Below are positions 37,354 through 47,508 of a stretch of DNA of 52,390 nt, one piece after another (the first letter of the stretch is position 1; each line of letters opens with the position of its first letter). The notes below the pieces were generated by a model. That model was not told the DNA's origin, did no database searches, and saw only the letters and a list, made by a program, of their open reading frames with translations. Source of the stretch: a virus (lineage: Duplodnaviria; Caudoviricetes); IMG/VR virus record IMGVR_UViG_3300033143_006241, positions 1 through 52,390 of that record, one strand, 5' to 3'. A program made the position numbers and the translations under genes.

Positions 37354-39543
37354 TTACTTATCCCTAATTATTTTATTTAACGTATCAACATAAAGCTTAC
37401 CTATAACTTGATAACTAAAATTCTCTGTTACGTGTTTTTGAGCAAATAAACCAGTCTCATCAGCTTCTTTTCTATACTCATACACATGCCTCATTACTTC
37501 AGCAGCCTGTTTAACATTTGCTTGAGCCCAGCATTGGTCTGAAATATACCACGGCGTATTAACCATTCCAGATACAGGAGTTAAAATATAATCAATTAAA
37601 TAACTATTACCTTTATTTAAAAATTGATTTACTCCACCATACCCTGTTACTATAGATGGGTTTCCAACCGCCGATGCTTCAGCAATAGGCAACCCGAAGC
37701 CTTCAGCCCGGTTTAAACTAACAAAACAATTACCTAATTTATGTAACTCTAACATTTCTCTACCAGACAACATATCTAATATCAAATATACTCTAGCATA
37801 ATCTTTGCTCTTTGGCATTATCATACTTTCTTTTATTTTTTTAATTGTTTGTACAACAATATTCTGTTCTTGTTTTGAATAACCGTGTCTATGAACTTTA
37901 AGAACTAACGACACCTTATCTTCGTTACTAAAAGCATGCCAATATGCTTTAAGAAGAGAAACAGGATCTTTCTTCTCGGAAAATTGAAACACAGAATAAA
38001 AAATGTAATCATCTTTTTGTGGACCATCCATAACAAACTTATCAACACCGCTAAACTGCGTAGTGTCTATAACATGAGGAACACAATATATAGGAACAGT
38101 CACCCCACTATTACGGAACACTTCCACATTCCATTCACAAGGAACAAGTATAGCATCCATACAATTACAATAACCTATCCAATCGTGGTGTATCTTATCC
38201 GTCTCCCACACAGTGTATCCTACATTTATTTTTCCTTCTTCTCTATACATAGGGTAATGTTCAGGAGTTAAATGAATCAAGTTGATGTCATAATTTATTT
38301 TTTTATTTATATATTTTGATAAATAATTTCCAAGCTCTCCAAGATCAGGACGTTGTTGTTCAAAACTAACAGGTAACAGTGTAAGATCTGCCCCCTGTTC
38401 TATTAAAGCTTTTATATAGTGTCTTGCACAAGAGCCATAACCAGAATTACCACACCATACGGGAAAACCATTTCTTCTTACATATAACGTGTGATTTGGT
38501 ACAGTAACACAATAAACTTTACCAACGTAGTTAACAATTTTTTCAAAACTTTTATTATTTTTACTCCCATTTTTACTACAACAATTACGTTTAAATCTTA
38601 TTCTAATCTCCCAATGATCAGCTTTCGCTGCATACTGTCTATCATATATTTTTACAATATCACCTTTAGAATGTCTTTTGATGTATGATCCACTATATCC
38701 TACTTTTAACAATAACTCCATAAAATCGTTTCTTAGTTTTATTGAGGAAGTATAGTAAGAAGACCCCCCTTTATCATATTCCTCACCAGAAGTACGATTA
38801 TCATGACCGTCTCCTAACATTAACGCTTCAAATAAAATATTTAATTGTTTTTTAGAACAGTTATTTAATATATATCTAGGAATATATTTATCATAACAAT
38901 AACCAAACTTTTCTTTTAAATACACTGCTAATAGTTTATCATTAACAATAACCCTACCATCTTTTCTTATATTTATTTTACCTACTGTAACGAAATCCAA
39001 AGCTTTTGCCATTTTATTTAAATTACTACCATATTGGCGAATTTGAACAATATAGTCATGACGTTTTGTTATAGTTGAAGACCCTTCACTCAAATAATAA
39101 CCTAAAAATTCTAACCACTGCTCTGTTTTTATTTTTCTTCCACATACTTCAATATAGTCTACCCCGGATTTATCCCAAATACCATCTTTTTTAAAATATC
39201 TACATAAACCAAAACACTCTTCTGCTTTCTCAAACCCCCACCCATCAGTTTTATCTTTTTTTCTATGCCAATATTTATTTTGTACATACATACTATGATC
39301 AGGTGTAACTAACAAATCTATACAACTATACTGACTATAAAATTTATACATATCCCCATCCCAATCTTTCTCTATAATATTATCTGGACGATGATATTCT
39401 ATAATATGATTTTCGTTTAATGTACATACTTTATCTTCAAAGTTAACGTTTTCAAATAATTTCCACCCAGAATCTGTTAATAATTCAGTTACTTCATCAT
39501 AACAACCATCTAAAATACTACCCCAATATTTTACTTTTAACAT
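37354..39543 (-). CDS. GT4 glycosyltransferase containing an intein (spliced product ~376 aa)
   Basis: Spliced N-terminus DG|SGYG..AR; YTVWET, VPC.WN, EKK....LLKAY, R.EGFGLP..EA. Confidence 0.9.
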   Translation of the reverse strand: MLKVKYWGSILDGCYDEVTELLTDSGWKLFENVNFEDKVCTLNENHIIEYHRPDNIIEKDWDGDMYKFYSQYSCIDLLVTPDHSMYVQNKYWHRKKDKTDGWGFEKAEECFGLCRYFKKDGIWDKSGVDYIEVCGRKIKTEQWLEFLGYYLSEGSSTITKRHDYIVQIRQYGSNLNKMAKALDFVTVGKINIRKDGRVIVNDKLLAVYLKEKFGYCYDKYIPRYILNNCSKKQLNILFEALMLGDGHDNRTSGEEYDKGGSSYYTSSIKLRNDFMELLLKVGYSGSYIKRHSKGDIVKIYDRQYAAKADHWEIRIRFKRNCCSKNGSKNNKSFEKIVNYVGKVYCVTVPNHTLYVRRNGFPVWCGNSGYGSCARHYIKALIEQGADLTLLPVSFEQQRPDLGELGNYLSKYINKKINYDINLIHLTPEHYPMYREEGKINVGYTVWETDKIHHDWIGYCNCMDAILVPCEWNVEVFRNSGVTVPIYCVPHVIDTTQFSGVDKFVMDGPQKDDYIFYSVFQFSEKKDPVSLLKAYWHAFSNEDKVSLVLKVHRHGYSKQEQNIVVQTIKKIKESMIMPKSKDYARVYLILDMLSGREMLELHKLGNCFVSLNRAEGFGLPIAEASAVGNPSIVTGYGGVNQFLNKGNSYLIDYILTPVSGMVNTPWYISDQCWAQANVKQAAEVMRHVYEYRKEADETGLFAQKHVTENFSYQVIGKLYVDTLNKIIRDK
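38446..39504 (-). mobile_element. intein with LAGLIDADG endonuclease (353 aa)
   Basis: Starts CYDEVTELLT..GW, block B VTPDH, FLGYYLSEGS, LFEALMLGDG, ends VYCVTVPNHTLYVRRNG..VWCGN with Ser at +1. Confidence 0.93.
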
Positions 39544-39554
39544 GATTAAATCCT

Positions 39555-39878
39555 TTATAAACTACTTTTTATACTTGTTGGTAAACATATTATAATAATA
39601 ACCCATAATATATTAGTTATACACCAAACAGTCCAAGCAGGTATATAATAAAATATTTTTAATATAGAAACAATCGTTGGAGCGTTCTCAAACCAATTAC
39701 CTAACTTTGTATAAGTAACATCACTATAAAAATGACCATAACGAGTTCCAAAAAAATCTACATAAGGTGTATCATATTTTAAATAAGACAAGTGCCCGTC
39801 ATGAAAAATATCTGTTGGTTGCCAATCATTTAAATATTTTTTTATAATTGTTAATATTTTTAGTATGTTATAATACAT
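39555..39878 (-). CDS. hypothetical protein with a hydrophobic C-terminus
   Basis: 107-aa ORF with a possible transmembrane segment. Confidence 0.5.
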   Translation of the reverse strand: MYYNILKILTIIKKYLNDWQPTDIFHDGHLSYLKYDTPYVDFFGTRYGHFYSDVTYTKLGNWFENAPTIVSILKIFYYIPAWTVWCITNILWVIIIICLPTSIKSSL

Positions 39879-39882
39879 TTAT

Positions 39883-40101
39883 TCACTCCTCAAGCATATT
39901 TATTCCACATACTTTGACCTGATCCCACAATAAAATATAACCTCTTTCTTCTAAATAATGACAATAACCATAAGAACAACCGTCGTCATCTTCCCCATAT
40001 TCCCAATACGGACATAATTTTATTTTATACTTGCCGTCTTTGAATCCAAGAGGTGTATAACAATAATCACCGTGAGGTATTTCTGTAAATTTTTTCTTCA
40101 T
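39883..40101 (-). CDS. small Cys-rich hypothetical protein
   Basis: IP.G.YCY...CPYW...YC.YL...LWDQVK.CGIN. Confidence 0.65.
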   Translation of the reverse strand: MKKKFTEIPHGDYCYTPLGFKDGKYKIKLCPYWEYGEDDDGCSYGYCHYLEERGYILLWDQVKVCGINMLEE

Positions 40102-40104
40102 TTT

Positions 40105-41334
40105 TTAAATACTTACTGATTTAAATATATTTTTATTATCAATTACTGGCTGCGTATTAAGCATATTTGCTGCTTCATTAAATAAGTTTACCCACTTAGG
40201 TACAATACTATGTTCCCATGTAAAATTATTCATAATATATTTATAAGCAGCTTCAGCTTTTTCTTTAGCTTCTTCTGGGTTATCCACTATATGCTTCATT
40301 GTCCTAACAAGGCTACCGATATCAACGAGCGGCCTAAGAACATCGTTATCATTTGGCAAAATAGTATACAGGTTCTCACTTGTTCCAGAATCAACTAAGT
40401 ATGCTATATCTTCATTCATTAATTCTGGTCTTACTGTATTATTTGGTTGAATAACAGGTGTTTTAGTTGCCATTCCCTCCATCCATGCCAAACCGGTACC
40501 TTCACCCAGGTCAGTGCTTACGGCACAGTCACAGGAATTATACAAAAGATTGACAACTGGCACAGGATATCCTTGATTTGGGCCAAAATTTTGAGGAAAT
40601 ATAACATCTGTTTTGAGACTTAACTCTAAACCATTACACACTTCATCGAGATTCCAGCCTTGATCCTTTTGAGCCATGTGGCAATATGCTAATATATTTG
40701 GATTAGTTTTTTTAACCTCTTTATATGCTCTAATAAATCTTGGGATATCCTTTCTTTGTTGATTCCTATTTAAATTCATAAAAATAAATTTATCTGCTTG
40801 CGGGCCAAAATATTTTTTTCTAAATTCTACAGCTTCTTGATCTTGTCTTGGGTAGAAATCATTGTGATTAACTCCATGATAAATAATTCTAATATTTTTT
40901 TCAAGTTTGTCATTACCAAGGGCTTTTAAAGTAGCATCCTTAGCAAACTGCGTATAAGCTACTGGAATATCAACAGAAGTTACAGCTTTTGCCCAAGAAG
41001 GTTTGATAATAGAGTCACACGGGTAATAACAAATGCTAACAAATTTCTTACCAGCAGCTTTTAGTTGTGGTATATACTCTTCCATGAACTTCTTCCTTCC
41101 ATAAGGATCACGCTCTGAATTTAAACCAGCAGGGTATATATTAAACATTTTAGTATACGGAATTTTAGGATCGCCCCAAAAATTAATCCCAAAAATATCA
41201 ATGTCATACTTACCTGTATTATACAAACCAGTAAAAATGTTAGCAGCCACTGTTGAAAAACCGGTTGCTACGGTGGGGCTGTCGCAATAAGCCAAAATTT
41301 TTAATTTCTTTTGTTGTGTTGATTGATTAAACAT
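40105..41334 (-). CDS. GT4 glycosyltransferase
   Basis: DSP...TGF, IYHGV, NRNQ.RK, YN..D...T..GEG.GL...E.MA. Confidence 0.88.
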   Translation of the reverse strand: MFNQSTQQKKLKILAYCDSPTVATGFSTVAANIFTGLYNTGKYDIDIFGINFWGDPKIPYTKMFNIYPAGLNSERDPYGRKKFMEEYIPQLKAAGKKFVSICYYPCDSIIKPSWAKAVTSVDIPVAYTQFAKDATLKALGNDKLEKNIRIIYHGVNHNDFYPRQDQEAVEFRKKYFGPQADKFIFMNLNRNQQRKDIPRFIRAYKEVKKTNPNILAYCHMAQKDQGWNLDEVCNGLELSLKTDVIFPQNFGPNQGYPVPVVNLLYNSCDCAVSTDLGEGTGLAWMEGMATKTPVIQPNNTVRPELMNEDIAYLVDSGTSENLYTILPNDNDVLRPLVDIGSLVRTMKHIVDNPEEAKEKAEAAYKYIMNNFTWEHSIVPKWVNLFNEAANMLNTQPVIDNKNIFKSVSI

Positions 41335-41359
41335 AAAATTTTCCCCTTATCCTATATAA

Positions 41360-42182
41360 TTATTTACACTTTAAATCATTATATCTACAACCTTCTTGTT
41401 GATGAACCCATTCGTGGCATTTCTTACATAATGTTATACAACTGTCAGGGTCATTTGCCTGCATTTTATTTTGCGCATACGGAGTAATATGATGAACATG
41501 TAATTGCGCTGTTTCTGTTGTTGCTCCACATCTCAAACAAGCGTAGTCATCTCTTTCTAAAACAATCTGACGAAGTAATGGGACAACCTCGCGGGAGGTT
41601 GCTTTTTTAAAACCTTTTGGCCACAATTTCTGGTTATAAATTGGACAAGCCTGTTTGCAATTTTCCGAACAATAAAAACGATATTCTGAATTATTTTTAC
41701 ATTTTCCGTTTAATGCTTTAATACGGCTTTTAACTGCCTGATTTGTTGGTATATACTCTTTTCCACAATAAGCACATAATACTATCAATTCTCCATTTGA
41801 TCCTTTTTTTTACTTTTTCAGCAAACGAAATTTTAGCAACATAATTATTATAAACAGCTTGAGAATATAAATATTTTTTAGAACGTATTGCAATTTCTTT
41901 TTTGTGTGTTTTAACATATTGTTGTGATATTTTTATGTTTCTTTCTCTATTAGCATAATATCTTATTTTATTTTTTATTTTTATTTCTTCTTTTTTATTT
42001 TGATAATTTATTTTTACTTGTTTTTTTAATTTCTTTTTATTATTTTTATAATATAACCTATTATTAATAGCACTACATTTTTTACAGCACGCATGCTTAC
42101 CGTCTTTTCTGGACTTATCATTATAAAATTCAGAAATAGGTTTTTTTATTTTACACTTATTACAAACTTTATATTTAACCAC
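41360..42182 (-). pseudogene. HNH endonuclease split by a frameshift in an A8 run
   Basis: Upstream ORF has CNKC..K...EF...CKKC. Downstream ORF has ERD.Y.C..CG, HVHHI, LC..CH..H. Removing one A at 41804-41811 joins them as EKVKKGSNGELIVLCAYCG. Confidence 0.75.
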
Positions 42183-42199
42183 AATATATCCTAAATATT

Positions 42200-43336
42200 T
42201 TATTTCTTCTTCCTACGAACATCCAAAATTGCTGACGTATAGCTTACATTTGATATAGCCCGTGCCTCTTCTTTAGTAATCACGCCGCTTTTAATTAACA
42301 TATCAAGTTTTTTATTTACAACATTGACACATTTAATCAAATCATCTGCCCCTATAATATTATACAAAGCAGAAGGATCGTAACTTACTCTTGGCGTTTG
42401 TCTTATAGAAATATTAAAATCTTCAGTAGGTGCCTTATTATTTTTAGTAGCTCTTATCTTACCAACCAAAATAGATCTAATATTTTTTTGTTTAAGTTCT
42501 AAAATTTTACTCAATTTACGTATTTTATCATACGAATCGGCCAAAGTATTCTCATCGTCAAACATTTGGTGATCTGGTACGCTATCTTTTATTTCTTTAA
42601 TAGCAGGACACACATCTACGTATTCACACCATGGACAAAATTTATTAAGTTCTGGTACTAAATCTCCCTTCTTTGCTTCTAAAATTAATTTATAATTAGT
42701 TTTAAGTAATTGAATAAAAGAATATCTTTGTTCTTCAGTTCTTTTGTTATGTTTTGGAAAAAATCTTAAATAATCAAGACACACTGAATAATTAGTATAA
42801 CCAGGGAAAAGTTTTCTAGCTGCAGCATCGTACAAAGAAAGTTGCACATCTGTTTCGACCTCATCATCAGTAAGAACGCTCTTTGATGTTTTATAATCTA
42901 TAACACATAAGGAATCAGCGTTAAATTCAACTACTTTATCCATTGCACCAATAAGAGGAACACCGGCTATCTCAACAGTAAAGCGATCCTCTAATGATAT
43001 AATTTTATGACTAAATTCAAACCTATCTAATTTAGTTAAAAGCAAATTAAAACCATCGTATATAAGAGCCTCATCTCCCAAATTTAAACGAGAACACTCT
43101 TCTATATACTTACTTGTTATTAATTCTGTATCATCTTTAGTAAATGACTTTAAGTTACTTTTTATCACCATTTGTCCTGCATACTCTAATGCGTAATGAA
43201 CTGATGATCCAACAGCAAAATAGTCTTTTGGTGGTTCTACAGGCTTAGGAGCTAACTTATGGTAAACACATCCATATTTATATTTACACTGTAACCATGT
43301 TTTTAATCTTGACGCTGATAGAGCTTTTACTTTCAT
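42200..43336 (-). CDS. RecB/Cas4-like PD-(D/E)XK exonuclease
   Basis: SASRL.....C, G..VH..LE, GAMD, IDYKTS, QL.LY, CPWCEY...CP. Confidence 0.88.
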   Translation of the reverse strand: MKVKALSASRLKTWLQCKYKYGCVYHKLAPKPVEPPKDYFAVGSSVHYALEYAGQMVIKSNLKSFTKDDTELITSKYIEECSRLNLGDEALIYDGFNLLLTKLDRFEFSHKIISLEDRFTVEIAGVPLIGAMDKVVEFNADSLCVIDYKTSKSVLTDDEVETDVQLSLYDAAARKLFPGYTNYSVCLDYLRFFPKHNKRTEEQRYSFIQLLKTNYKLILEAKKGDLVPELNKFCPWCEYVDVCPAIKEIKDSVPDHQMFDDENTLADSYDKIRKLSKILELKQKNIRSILVGKIRATKNNKAPTEDFNISIRQTPRVSYDPSALYNIIGADDLIKCVNVVNKKLDMLIKSGVITKEEARAISNVSYTSAILDVRRKKK

Positions 43337-43350
43337 ATAGTGTTCTCCAT

Positions 43351-44169
43351 TTACTTTGAGTTTAATAATCCCTGTAAAATATTCTTATCTTCAACTGAAA
43401 AGGAAGATGCATCAGGAAATTTTATTTCAATATTTACTACAAGATGACCAGCACCACCACGACCATCAGGAATGCCACCACCCTGTATAAGAATATTTTC
43501 CCCAGGCCTTACCCCTGGTTTTATGTGAATTATATGTTCTATTGTTTTTTTACTTCCTAACCCACTACCGTTACATTTATCACATTTCTCTTTTACTACT
43601 TTTCCAGAACCACCACAAGAGCTGCATGTCATCATTATATTTGAATTTGGACCACGTTGTACTACTCTCATTCCAGAACCACCACAAGCCTCACATGTTC
43701 TAAATTCTTTAACACCAGTGCCATTACAAGCATTACACGGTTCGTCATAATTAAATTTTATATTTTTTTCACAACCAAAAGTAACTTCATATAAGTTTAA
43801 TGTAACAGTTATATTTATCACCTTGGTACGAGCCTGCTCGTAACCGCGTGAACCTTGTTGTCTTCCAAAATTCATATTAAAATGAGAAAACATATCTTTA
43901 AAAGGATCTCCACTAAATCCACCAGAACCACCAAACCCATTAAACCCACTACTGTTAGGATCTGCTCCCATATCATACATCTGTCTTTTTTTCTCGTCAC
44001 TTAAAACAGAATAAGCACTGTTCACTTTTTTAAAGCGCTCTTCAGCCTTTGCATCACCCTGATTTCTGTCTGGGTGGTACTTTAATGCTTGCTTTCTAAA
44101 GGCGCTTTTTATATCTTCTTGAGATGCGGCCTTATCTACACCTAATGTTTCATAATAACTTTGTGACAT
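43351..44169 (-). CDS. dnaJ: DnaJ chaperone
   Basis: J domain with HPD, G/F region, four CxxCxGxG repeats; GGAG RBS supports ATG 44169. Confidence 0.93.
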   Translation of the reverse strand: MSQSYYETLGVDKAASQEDIKSAFRKQALKYHPDRNQGDAKAEERFKKVNSAYSVLSDEKKRQMYDMGADPNSSGFNGFGGSGGFSGDPFKDMFSHFNMNFGRQQGSRGYEQARTKVINITVTLNLYEVTFGCEKNIKFNYDEPCNACNGTGVKEFRTCEACGGSGMRVVQRGPNSNIMMTCSSCGGSGKVVKEKCDKCNGSGLGSKKTIEHIIHIKPGVRPGENILIQGGGIPDGRGGAGHLVVNIEIKFPDASSFSVEDKNILQGLLNSK

Positions 44170-44209
44170 ACTTATCTCCAATCGTCAATCTTCAATCTAT
44201 AATAAACTA

Positions 44210-44226
44210 TGCAATATACATACCAA
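44210..44226 (-). promoter_or_regulatory. sigma-54-type promoter upstream of dnaJ
   Basis: TTGGTATGTATATTGCA. Confidence 0.75.
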
Positions 44227-44228
44227 AA

Positions 44229-44606
44229 TTAAACAGAAAATTCAAGCACTGATCCTTTTACATATAAGGTTTTCTTAGAATCTGATAAAGATATTGATAT
44301 TATAGCAAACACTTGGTTATCTTTCAAAGCTGGATATTTGCTGTTAGCAAAGAGTGCTTCAACTAAATCAACAGAAGACAAATGTCTAGCACCTTCTTTA
44401 TCAAAAACTACTTTAAACTCGTCAGTATCTTCATTTTTTTCTGCTTCTTCAAAAAAATCTGGATACATTTCTGAAAATTTACCAGAAAATGGCACAGAAA
44501 ACCAACAATTCTCAGTAATTGTCTTAAGATTATACATATGAGATGGTAAAAGAACTAAACCAGGCATACCTTTAAATACTTTATTATCTTCTGTGCTATT
44601 TGTCAT
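44229..44606 (-). CDS. hypothetical protein
   Basis: 125-aa ORF with an AGGAG RBS. Confidence 0.65.
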   Translation of the reverse strand: MTNSTEDNKVFKGMPGLVLLPSHMYNLKTITENCWFSVPFSGKFSEMYPDFFEEAEKNEDTDEFKVVFDKEGARHLSSVDLVEALFANSKYPALKDNQVFAIISISLSDSKKTLYVKGSVLEFSV

Positions 44607-44618
44607 TTTCTTTTCTCC

Positions 44619-44948
44619 TTATACTAAATCTACATTATTAACATTTATATCGGTCCAATATGCCTTAAACATTTCTCCACATGAAGAACACGCTTTATCA
44701 TAAGAACTAATTCTCAAATCACCTTCCATTTTGACCAAAGTATCTTCTGGAATTTCTGCAATTATCTCAGCCAGATCAGACCAAGTTATGAAATTATAAA
44801 ATTTATGTTTCAATTCACCATCCCTAGTAGTAAATGGTATTGCAATTTTTCCCTTAGTATAAGGACTTCCATTTTTAGTGTAATTTAAAGTACTTTCTAC
44901 AATTTTTCCTACCATTGTTACCAAAAGGTAACCATCTTGTTCAGACAT
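44619..44948 (-). CDS. ssb: single-stranded DNA-binding protein (OB fold, no acidic tail)
   Basis: T.NG, W..LAE, V..EG.L...SY; CxxC insertion. Confidence 0.75.
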   Translation of the reverse strand: MSEQDGYLLVTMVGKIVESTLNYTKNGSPYTKGKIAIPFTTRDGELKHKFYNFITWSDLAEIIAEIPEDTLVKMEGDLRISSYDKACSSCGEMFKAYWTDINVNNVDLV

Positions 44949-44990
44949 AATCTTATTCTCCGTTTTATATGTATTTTAACTGTGAAAGAA

Positions 44991-45007
44991 TGCAACATCT
45001 ATGCCAA
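44991..45007 (-). promoter_or_regulatory. sigma-54-type promoter upstream of ssb
   Basis: TTGGCATAGATGTTGCA, overlapping the primase stop codon. Confidence 0.8.
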
Positions 45008-46015
45008 CATCGTATGTTCTGTTCTATATTTACCTAATATTTTATCTATTTCTTTTTTTGTTAAATCTGCAGGATCTCTATCATATTCTGATATAACGGG
45101 AACAAGGGGTAATGTTAAATTATATTTATTATTTGTTATTATTGTTCCTTGTATCCCAGCAGAATCAGAATCAAAAAATAAAACTATCTTTTTTAAAGTA
45201 CTTATAAGCAATCTAATTTGATGTGGTACTAACAACGAGCCCATACAAGCAACAACATTATCATAACCATATTCATGCAATCTCCATACCGATTTAAAGC
45301 CTTCAACAATAATAATATAATCAGACTTAGTATTTTTTGCTACATTTAAATTATATAATATATCTCCTGCAGTAATATTACCTATAAGTAAATATTTTCT
45401 TTGTTTTAATTTATTTGATATATCTCTTCCAGAATAGCCAGATAAAGCTCCATTATAATCATATATAGGAATTAATGCACGATTTATACCAAAGTCATCA
45501 GTATAGGCCTCTGATACATTAAAAAAATTTAAAATTTCCTTATTAAATGGACCTCCACCTAAAGGGGGAAAACTTAAAAAATAATCACAAGGTCTAGTAT
45601 CTAATTTAATTGATGTAATATTATAGTTATCTTGTGTGGCGTGTTTTAAATAATTTAAAAACAAAGCATCCTTTTTAGAATTATCATCAAGATCACCATC
45701 TAAAAAAGTTGGCTTATCAACAGCAAATTCAGTACAAAATTTGTTTAAAGCTTCTCCAAACGAACATTTAAATATCACTTTAATCAAATCAAAAAAAGAT
45801 GACCCATATATCTCATTACATTTATTCGAAAAACATCTCCAAATTAAAGTGTTCTTATATAAACAAAAAGAATCTTTACGATCTCCGCCATGAACCGCAC
45901 ACGGAGCACGTACAGAAGAGGAATCACTGGTCATATTTGAAAAACCTAACCAACTCAAAACTCTCTCATATCCTATACCACCAACAATAAGGGATAAACT
46001 GCAATAATTTACCAT
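44999..46015 (-). CDS. dnaG: DnaG-type primase
   Basis: C..H...SF...W.CF...C zinc finger, IPI....G....SGR, IIVEG, FDSD.AG (TOPRIM). Confidence 0.88.
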   Translation of the reverse strand: MVNYCSLSLIVGGIGYERVLSWLGFSNMTSDSSSVRAPCAVHGGDRKDSFCLYKNTLIWRCFSNKCNEIYGSSFFDLIKVIFKCSFGEALNKFCTEFAVDKPTFLDGDLDDNSKKDALFLNYLKHATQDNYNITSIKLDTRPCDYFLSFPPLGGGPFNKEILNFFNVSEAYTDDFGINRALIPIYDYNGALSGYSGRDISNKLKQRKYLLIGNITAGDILYNLNVAKNTKSDYIIIVEGFKSVWRLHEYGYDNVVACMGSLLVPHQIRLLISTLKKIVLFFDSDSAGIQGTIITNNKYNLTLPLVPVISEYDRDPADLTKKEIDKILGKYRTEHTMLA

Positions 46016-47508
46016 GAATCAGCAATCTCCGCAACTTTGCTTTTATCTTTTTTAGGTTTTATATCATTGATAAGTTCATCTTTTATTTCTTCATATTCCT
46101 CTTCTGTTGCCTCATATTCTTTATAGTCTATAAGTTGTGCTTCAGCTTCCTGAATATTTAAAATAGATTTTCTAAAATGAACCCCAATACCTTCAAACGG
46201 TGTTTCACCGCCCCTACGTGAATGTTTAATAAAAAATTTATACAAACCGCCTTGAAAACCTAATTTTTCTATTTCTTCTTTTTTCTTTTCTTCAAGTACT
46301 ATAACAGTATCAGCATACCTTGCAATTCTATCACTATCTGCAATATCACCACTACGACCACGCTGAACAGCCGCCAAAATAGGTATGTTCAATATACCGG
46401 ACAAATCTTTTAGAGCAATTGTTGTATTTCCTAACAATTGATATTCTTTTACTGTAGAAAAATCTTCTTGAGAACCTGATTTTATATAATCAAAAATAGC
46501 AAGACCTATTCCATATTTGCTATGATACTTTTTTATAAGAGATATAACTGTTTCTATTTTAAAACCTGGTAAATATTTATGAAAATATTTTCCTTTAGTC
46601 TTTAACAGTTTAGAAGCCATCACTAGTAACTCTTTCTCTGCATCGGTTAAATTTCCGCGTTTAATTCTTTTTTCTGGTATCTTTGTAAGCCTAGACAAAA
46701 TACGAGAATAATTTTGCTCTGTAGACATCTCCGTGTCGATATAAAGAATTGGAATACCTAACTTAAAAGCGACATGTAGTGCTATACACATTGACATACA
46801 CGACTTCCCACCTTTTTTAAATGCTGCTATAACATTAAGTGTCCCATTAACTAAGCCATCCAATCTATCATCTAATATAGGAAAACCTGTTGATAATCCT
46901 ATCATGTCTACTTTATTATTTAATACTTTTTCTACATATGAACCCATATTTGAGAATATATCTTCTGGATCATCGCTTACACTATCGTTTTGCATTAAAT
47001 TCAAAAGACCAAATTCTACATCATTTATTACATCTAAAGATTTCACATCATGATTTGTTAAAACACCCTCTAAATCATTGGTCTTTTTATCTAAATAAGA
47101 CATTAACTTATTCTTTTTACTTATATTAAGAAGTTTTTTAATATATAAATCTATATTTGTAAAATCAAACGAAGAAGATATTTCATATAAAGAATCTACT
47201 TGAAGATTAATATTTGCTATAGTTCCAACACCATTTTCTTCACAAGCTTTTACAATACTGTTTTTCTTATTGATAGTAAAATAATTTAATACTTCGTTGA
47301 TTAATGTCAGCTTATCTACAGAAGGAACTTCGTACTTATACACATTACAACAAGCCCTGAATAACAACTTATTAAATGGAATTACAAAGTCATCATCCGT
47401 AACAAAGGATAATACATTCAAAAAATCGTTGTAAGATTTTATAACATTTGCCAATACGAGACGTTCAACCGTCATATCAGTTGAAATCTTTCTATTACCT
47501 TGCTTCAA
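46009..47508 (-). CDS. dnaB: DnaB-like replicative helicase
   Basis: GLSTGF..LD....G, GKS, DTEM, FDYI, A.Q..R, IAD; TTG start with an AGGAG RBS. Confidence 0.9.
   Translation of the reverse strand: MKQGNRKISTDMTVERLVLANVIKSYNDFLNVLSFVTDDDFVIPFNKLLFRACCNVYKYEVPSVDKLTLINEVLNYFTINKKNSIVKACEENGVGTIANINLQVDSLYEISSSFDFTNIDLYIKKLLNISKKNKLMSYLDKKTNDLEGVLTNHDVKSLDVINDVEFGLLNLMQNDSVSDDPEDIFSNMGSYVEKVLNNKVDMIGLSTGFPILDDRLDGLVNGTLNVIAAFKKGGKSCMSMCIALHVAFKLGIPILYIDTEMSTEQNYSRILSRLTKIPEKRIKRGNLTDAEKELLVMASKLLKTKGKYFHKYLPGFKIETVISLIKKYHSKYGIGLAIFDYIKSGSQEDFSTVKEYQLLGNTTIALKDLSGILNIPILAAVQRGRSGDIADSDRIARYADTVIVLEEKKKEEIEKLGFQGGLYKFFIKHSRRGGETPFEGIGVHFRKSILNIQEAEAQLIDYKEYEATEEEYEEIKDELINDIKPKKDKSKVAEIADSW

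Noticed and set aside
42200-43336. A CRISPR-Cas system suggested by the Cas4-like nuclease
   Set aside because: I saw no repeat-spacer array or other cas genes; the context is replication and recombination
46000-46015. ATGGTAAATTATTGCA, a sigma-54-like box at the primase start
   Set aside because: GG-to-GC spacing is 9 rather than the required 10, and it lies within coding sequence
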